A DNA stretch of 64,000 bases from Vulcanimicrobiota bacterium (GTDB lineage Bacteria; Vulcanimicrobiota; Vulcanimicrobiia; Vulcanimicrobiales; Vulcanimicrobiaceae), in assembly GCA_963820825.1 (NCBI GenBank), contig CAWGBN010000006.1, forward strand, positions 608,001-672,000, read 5' to 3'. The notes beneath the pieces are model-generated. The model saw nothing but the letters and a program-made list of their open reading frames with translations. It was not told where the DNA came from and made no database searches. Shown here piece by piece: positions 59,292-64,000 of this stretch (position 1 is its first letter; every line of letters starts with the position of its first letter). The position numbers and the translations under genes were made by a program.

Positions 59292-59950
59292 AAGGGAAAG
59301 TCGCCTTGCGTCAAGCCGACGTTCGTTTTGAAATCGCTGATCGATTCGTCGAGCACGATCTGCGATCCCGAATACATGATCTGCCGGATCGGCCAGTGCG
59401 TCTCTTTTGAGAGATAGAGGATTTGGTCGCTGACGTCGTGATTCGATGCCGGATCGGCAACCTTGAGCTCCACGCGATCCGTTGCTATGCCGCCAAGTTC
59501 GCCGCCGTCGATCTGCGTGAGTCTCCCGGGAATGGTCGCATAGTCGTCGATGACGCTCGGCAATAGCCCCTCGGGAATCGTAACGCCGCGCAGCGAGACC
59601 GCTCGCGGATCGCGCACGCCAATCTTCAGATGGATTCCGGAAAGAATGCCGCCCAGATGGCCGCTTACCTGATCCCCGCCGACCCATACGCCGCCCGCGC
59701 CTTTGCCGTCACCATCGAGGATCAGCGTCTTGACGTAGTGCGGCTTCATGACGACGTACTGATAGACGCGGTCCTGCGTTTGCGTTCCCTTCACCTCGCG
59801 AACGTGCAGAATACACGTGTAGTCGCTGACGCCGGCAAACGCTCGGTCGAACGCCGCGATCGCCGGCACCTCGTTTGCCGCCCTCGCGGCGACGCAACTC
59901 GCCCCGGCGAGCGCAACGAAGAGCGGTAACGCATATCCATACCTGCGCAT
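59288..59950 (-). CDS. LolA-like secreted protein
   Basis: Signal peptide, beta-rich fold and NVGL...DF C-terminus. Confidence 0.6.
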   Translation of the reverse strand: MRRYGYALPLFVALAGASCVAARAANEVPAIAAFDRAFAGVSDYTCILHVREVKGTQTQDRVYQYVVMKPHYVKTLILDGDGKGAGGVWVGGDQVSGHLGGILSGIHLKIGVRDPRAVSLRGVTIPEGLLPSVIDDYATIPGRLTQIDGGELGGIATDRVELKVADPASNHDVSDQILYLSKETHWPIRQIMYSGSQIVLDESISDFKTNVGLTQGDFPF

Positions 59951-60060
59951 CGAGCTATTTCGGCTTAGGAGAGTGAGGCATTCTGTTTCCTCCGTTCCTT
60001 CAGGGACTGAAATAATCCCCGAAAAAAGTGAAGGAAGTCTAAACGTACGGTTTCAAAGCC

Positions 60061-61083
60061 TCACTGCCGCACGACGAGGTCGGTGGGGACGTCCAGCGCG
60101 GTCTTCTTTCCCGTAATCACGGATCGCGGCTTTACGTTGCCTTTCGCGCCCGCCGCAAAGACCAGCACGCTATCGATTCCCGAACCATGGCTGCAGTAGT
60201 GACAGACGGTCACGTAGAGATTGTCTTTGCTATCGAGCGCGAGACCGCTCGGCGCCCCGAGATGCGTCTGCGACCCGGAAATGGTGCGAATCGGCTTTGC
60301 CGGCCCCGACGCAGTCGGTGCAAAGACTTGAATGTCTTTCGCTAGGAGGTTCCCGGCGTACACGTTTAGGTGCGAATCGACCGCGATCGACCGTATGCTA
60401 TCGCCGTGCTTATGCTCGGGTTCCTGAATCTCTCTGATGAGATTGTTTCCTTGCGACTCAGGAGAGAATTCGGAGATCAAATTGTCGCCCGACGTCACGT
60501 AAAGGTCGTCGTTGGAATCGACGGCCTCCGAAATCGTACAGCCGCTGGTCAGCCCGATTACGCGAACCGGGGCGACGTTGCCGTTGGCTTTCGGAGCGAA
60601 GACCTTCACGTTGCCGTAGCCGCAATCGGCGACGTAGAGATACCCTTTTGAGTCGACCGCCACGCCAATCGGAAACAAAAGGCCGGTATTACTCCCGGAA
60701 ATCTTACGTATTCTGCGCGCGTTGCCGTGCGCGCTCGCCGCAAAGACGCCGATCGTCTTGCCGTCGATGGAGGTGTAGATGTTATCGGATGAATCGAGAG
60801 CGATGTTATCCGGGTTACCTAGGCCGGTATGCTTGCCGCTGATGACGAGAGACGGGGCTGGACTGCCGTGCGCGGTCAGCGGATAACCCGTGATGCGGTG
60901 CCCGCTGAAATTCGCTACGAGGATCGAGGACGGCAGCGCGTTTCCCCGGCTCTCCTGCGCAAGCCCGGCGAGCCCCGGAGAGATTACCGGCGGTGCAACC
61001 TTGCCTCCGCCACAACCAGAAAGCAGAACGATGCTTGAAAGGATTAGGCTTCCCGACAAGGCGCGTCTCTCGCAAATTTTCAT
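60061..61083 (-). CDS. NHL-repeat beta-propeller lipoprotein
   Basis: LSGC lipobox; repeated P.GVAVDS...LYV...VFA..A.GN..P.R.I.G..T.L units. Confidence 0.8.
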   Translation of the reverse strand: MKICERRALSGSLILSSIVLLSGCGGGKVAPPVISPGLAGLAQESRGNALPSSILVANFSGHRITGYPLTAHGSPAPSLVISGKHTGLGNPDNIALDSSDNIYTSIDGKTIGVFAASAHGNARRIRKISGSNTGLLFPIGVAVDSKGYLYVADCGYGNVKVFAPKANGNVAPVRVIGLTSGCTISEAVDSNDDLYVTSGDNLISEFSPESQGNNLIREIQEPEHKHGDSIRSIAVDSHLNVYAGNLLAKDIQVFAPTASGPAKPIRTISGSQTHLGAPSGLALDSKDNLYVTVCHYCSHGSGIDSVLVFAAGAKGNVKPRSVITGKKTALDVPTDLVVRQ

Positions 61084-61136
61084 ATTTCGCCCCTCCAAAA
61101 AGAGCAACGCAGCGGTCTATTCCTTCGAGGCTCAGC

Positions 61137-61610
61137 TCACGGTCCCTTACTTGCAAGGCGAAACCGGCCGGCCTTCGGGCACATTTCATCGCACCAGGCA
61201 GTTATACGGTCGCGTATCTGATCGCGAATGATTCGCGCCTGCGCAAGTTGCTGGTCGCGCGAGCCTCGAAGGGCGGCTGGATCGGCGAAGCTCCAGTGGA
61301 GACGCTGGGTTACGCCGGGAAAGATCGGGCAACGCTCGGCGCTGGCTTCGTCACAGACCGTCACGACATACGCGAAGAGCTTGCCTTTCTTAAACAAGTC
61401 GAACACGCTCTTCGTTTGGTTGTGCGAGATATCGATGCCGACCTCACGCATTACCTCGACGGCGAGCGGGTTTAGTTCGCCGGGTTCGAGCCCCGCGCTT
61501 ACGGCTTCAAAGTCGTCGGGGCAGATGCTGTTGAGAAACGCCTCCGCCATTTGGCTGCGCGCTGCATTGTGAACGCAGACGAACAGGACGTTAAGCTTAC
61601 GCGACTGCAT
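61137..61610 (-). CDS. arsC: Arsenate reductase (LMW-PTP fold)
   Basis: VLFVCVHNAARSQMAE, VTVC..CP and HWSFADP. Confidence 0.9.
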   Translation of the reverse strand: MQSRKLNVLFVCVHNAARSQMAEAFLNSICPDDFEAVSAGLEPGELNPLAVEVMREVGIDISHNQTKSVFDLFKKGKLFAYVVTVCDEASAERCPIFPGVTQRLHWSFADPAALRGSRDQQLAQARIIRDQIRDRITAWCDEMCPKAGRFRLASKGP

Positions 61611-62310
61611 CCGACCCTCCGCCATGGCGAAGAAGAACTCCATCGGCGTCGCGCCGCTCGAGCGGCGCAATCCATTGGAATGACACCGTCGCGCAGACGG
61701 CTCCGAGCAGCTGGGCGAAGATAAATTGGGGCGTGTCCTGCGGGCGAATTCCCGCGAAGGTATCGGAGAGCGAACGCGCGATCGTTACTGCCGGGTTGGC
61801 AAACGACGTCGACGACGTGAACCAGTACGCGGCGACGATATAACTAGCGACTGCAAATGGAGTAAAGGCCGAGCGGAAGCGAACGCATCCCCAAATCACG
61901 AGGAGCAAGCCGAACGTCGCAACGAACTCGGCAAACCATTGAGTGGGACCGGCGCGAGCACGATGGGACGCAAAGAAGACCGGAAGCCCGAACATCGTAT
62001 TCGCCGCCGCGACTCCGGCAACCGCGCCGCATATCTGCGCCCCGACGTACACCGGAACTTCGCTCCAAGGCAAGCCGCCGCGCAGGGCATCGGCAAGCGA
62101 CACGGCCGGATTGAAATGCGCGCCGGAGATCGGTCCAAGTGCGGCGATCAGACACATGAGGACGCCGCCGGTTGCCAGCGTATTGGCGAGTAATGCGATG
62201 GCGAGGTTACCGCCGGCGAGCCGCTGGGCCATGATACCGGAGCCGACAACGCCGGCGAGCAGGAAGGCGGAGCCCAGTGCCTCGGCGGCGCTTCGCCTAA
62301 GAAGCGTCAT
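61597..62310 (-). CDS. MIP/aquaporin, arsenite-channel type
   Basis: SGAHFNPAVS and SFANPAVT; lies inside the ars operon. Confidence 0.88.
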   Translation of the reverse strand: MTLLRRSAAEALGSAFLLAGVVGSGIMAQRLAGGNLAIALLANTLATGGVLMCLIAALGPISGAHFNPAVSLADALRGGLPWSEVPVYVGAQICGAVAGVAAANTMFGLPVFFASHRARAGPTQWFAEFVATFGLLLVIWGCVRFRSAFTPFAVASYIVAAYWFTSSTSFANPAVTIARSLSDTFAGIRPQDTPQFIFAQLLGAVCATVSFQWIAPLERRDADGVLLRHGGGSDAVA

Positions 62311-62744
62311 TAGACGACGCAGCAGGAGCGCGTTTCGTCGCCCACCGAGCAGCACGTCGTATTGGCATCGTCCCGATGGTCCGTCTCGTCGTGGACGGTG
62401 TAGATCTCCCAACGGCGGCCTTCAGGATCGACAGCCCAGACTTTTGTTTGAATGGCGTAGCAGCACGTCTCTTCGCGCTCAACGGATGATGCGAGACCAG
62501 TGCGCTCCAGCCGCGCGATCGCGCGTTCCACGTCGTCCGCGCTCTCGACGTACACGCCGTAATGCGCATCTCGGGTTGGTGAAACCTCATCGGTTAGGTC
62601 GAGGGCGAGCTCGAGTCCCGGCTGATCCGTGATGAACAACGCGTAGTCGCCGAGCAGCTTCGTTGGTTTCGCGTCGAGCAAGGTTGAGTAGAACTCCACA
62701 CTCTTGGCGAGATTTACGGTGGCGAGGTTTAGGTGCGTTCTCAT
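62310..62744 (-). CDS. ArsI/CadI-family VOC metalloenzyme
   Basis: HLNL, HYG, TCCYA.Q.KVW..DP.G..WE and a Cys-pair-rich tail. Confidence 0.85.
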   Translation of the reverse strand: MRTHLNLATVNLAKSVEFYSTLLDAKPTKLLGDYALFITDQPGLELALDLTDEVSPTRDAHYGVYVESADDVERAIARLERTGLASSVEREETCCYAIQTKVWAVDPEGRRWEIYTVHDETDHRDDANTTCCSVGDETRSCCVV

Positions 62745-63073
62745 GCAGGCACTTTCTGGCGGAAGACGGAGGTCAACGCATCGCCGAGTCGCTCGTACGC
62801 CCCTGGCGCAAGGCGGTAATAGACCCAGGTGCCGCGGCGTTCGCACGTGACCAGCTCGGCTTCGCGCAAGACGCGAAGGTGATGCGATACGGTCGGCTGA
62901 TTGAGCGGAAGAGCATCGGTGAAATCGCAGACACACACCTCGTGCTCGGCGCGATCGAGCGCAGCAAGAATGGTCAGACGGTGAGGATCGGCCAGCGCCT
63001 TGAAAAGCTCGGCTTCCGTCCCCCGGTCCACGTGCGGAATATGAGCGGGCGGGCAGCACCGTTGCATCGACAT
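62741..63073 (-). CDS. arsR: ArsR/SmtB repressor
   Basis: FKALADPHRL, CVCD, QPTVSHHL and RRGTWVYY; N-terminal CC. Confidence 0.92.
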   Translation of the reverse strand: MSMQRCCPPAHIPHVDRGTEAELFKALADPHRLTILAALDRAEHEVCVCDFTDALPLNQPTVSHHLRVLREAELVTCERRGTWVYYRLAPGAYERLGDALTSVFRQKVPA

Positions 63074-63109
63074 CTTTCGATATTAGTGGTTGAATCGAAG
63101 ATTGTCAAT
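63066..63109 (-). promoter_or_regulatory. Sigma70 promoter with ArsR operator boxes (leaderless)
   Basis: TTGACA (63108-03), 17-bp spacer, TAATAT (63085-80), 6 bp, then ATG. Imperfect palindromes at 63066-81 and 63094-109. Confidence 0.8.
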
Positions 63110-63225
63110 ACAAATGCGGCGAGCGTGGCGGCGGATGTCGTGGAGAAGAACCGGCGAAGGGCTCTTCCTGAGGTTTTCCTCCATCGGCGCTACGATGCGC
63201 TTATCCAAAAATGCGAGGAGAAACC

Positions 63226-64000
63226 ATGATTCAGATGCAGCCAAGCGAGCTAAGGCCGAAGCCGGTCGCGATGATGAAAGCCTTTGTTATGCTAGGTCTT
63301 GAGCGTACGGCCTTTGCTGAAAAGCCGGTGCCGACCGCCGGCCCGAACGACGCAATCGTCAAGACGCAGTTCGCTTTGATTTGCACCTCCGACTCCCACA
63401 CCGTGCGCGGTGCGATCGGTCCGCGCGAAGGCCTGACGCTCGGGCACGAAGCTGTCGGGATCGTCGATTCGGTCGGCGCCGAGGTGCGGCATTTTAAACC
63501 GGGCGATCGCGTCGTCGTTGGTGCCATCACTCCCGATTGGGGATCGGACGAGGCTCAGAACGGCTATCCGTCACAATCGGGTGGAGCGCTCGGCGGCTGG
63601 AAGTACGCCAACATCAAGGACGGCGTCTTCGCCGAGTACTTTCATGTGAATGAAGCCGATGCGAACATGGCGCTGATCCCTGAAGCGGTGAAATCGGATC
63701 GAGCGGTTTATTGTGCGGATATGATGTCGACCGGATTCATGGCCGCCGAGCACGGCGACATTCCGATCGGCGGTACCGTCGCGGTTTTCGCGCAGGGACC
63801 GGTGGGTTTGATGGCTACCGCCGGTGCGCGCCTGCGCGGCGCCGGTTTGATCATCGCCGTTGAATCCGACCAACGCCGGGCCCAACTCGCTCGCGAGTAC
63901 GGCGCTCATCTCGTCGTCGATTTTCAGAAAGAGGATCCGGTGCAGCGCATCCTCGCGGAGACGGGTGGCATCGGCGTCGACACGACGATCGAAGCGCTGG
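63226..64000 (+). CDS. Zn-dependent NAD(P) alcohol dehydrogenase, runs off the window (absent from the ORF track)
   Basis: GAGGAG RBS; ICTSD.H, LGHEAVG, DMMSTG and QGPVGL. Confidence 0.9.
   Translation, partial: MIQMQPSELRPKPVAMMKAFVMLGLERTAFAEKPVPTAGPNDAIVKTQFALICTSDSHTVRGAIGPREGLTLGHEAVGIVDSVGAEVRHFKPGDRVVVGAITPDWGSDEAQNGYPSQSGGALGGWKYANIKDGVFAEYFHVNEADANMALIPEAVKSDRAVYCADMMSTGFMAAEHGDIPIGGTVAVFAQGPVGLMATAGARLRGAGLIIAVESDQRRAQLAREYGAHLVVDFQKEDPVQRILAETGGIGVDTTIEAL

Overview
High-GC bacterial chromosome window. Its gene repertoire (tandem VPS10/BNR proteins, many secreted LAGC-lipobox beta-propeller proteins, phosphoesterase) resembles Eremiobacterota/Vulcanimicrobiota, which is inference only. 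Most of it is ordinary metabolic, envelope and regulatory genes. An ~11 kb IS-rich island (~11.1-22.3 kb) holds four IS3-family elements or remnants, several truncated genes and a probable CRISPR-less Cas1 fragment. The main result: two copies of one IS110-family recombinase element have each inserted into the D-N-G-P-E catalytic-motif codons of two different IS3 transposases. The element's 3' end encodes a bridge/seek-RNA-like stem-loop whose two guides (CUGGGCCGU, GAUAAUG) match that 13-bp target, with G-U/G-T wobble at the synonymous third codon positions. Also found: a thioredoxin-TPR selenoprotein missed by the ORF track (UxxC, in-frame TGA, SECIS-like hairpin), an arsR-arsI-aquaporin-arsC operon with a leaderless promoter, operator-like repeats, and several single-base frameshifts that may be sequencing errors. 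No rRNA, tRNA or CRISPR array was seen.
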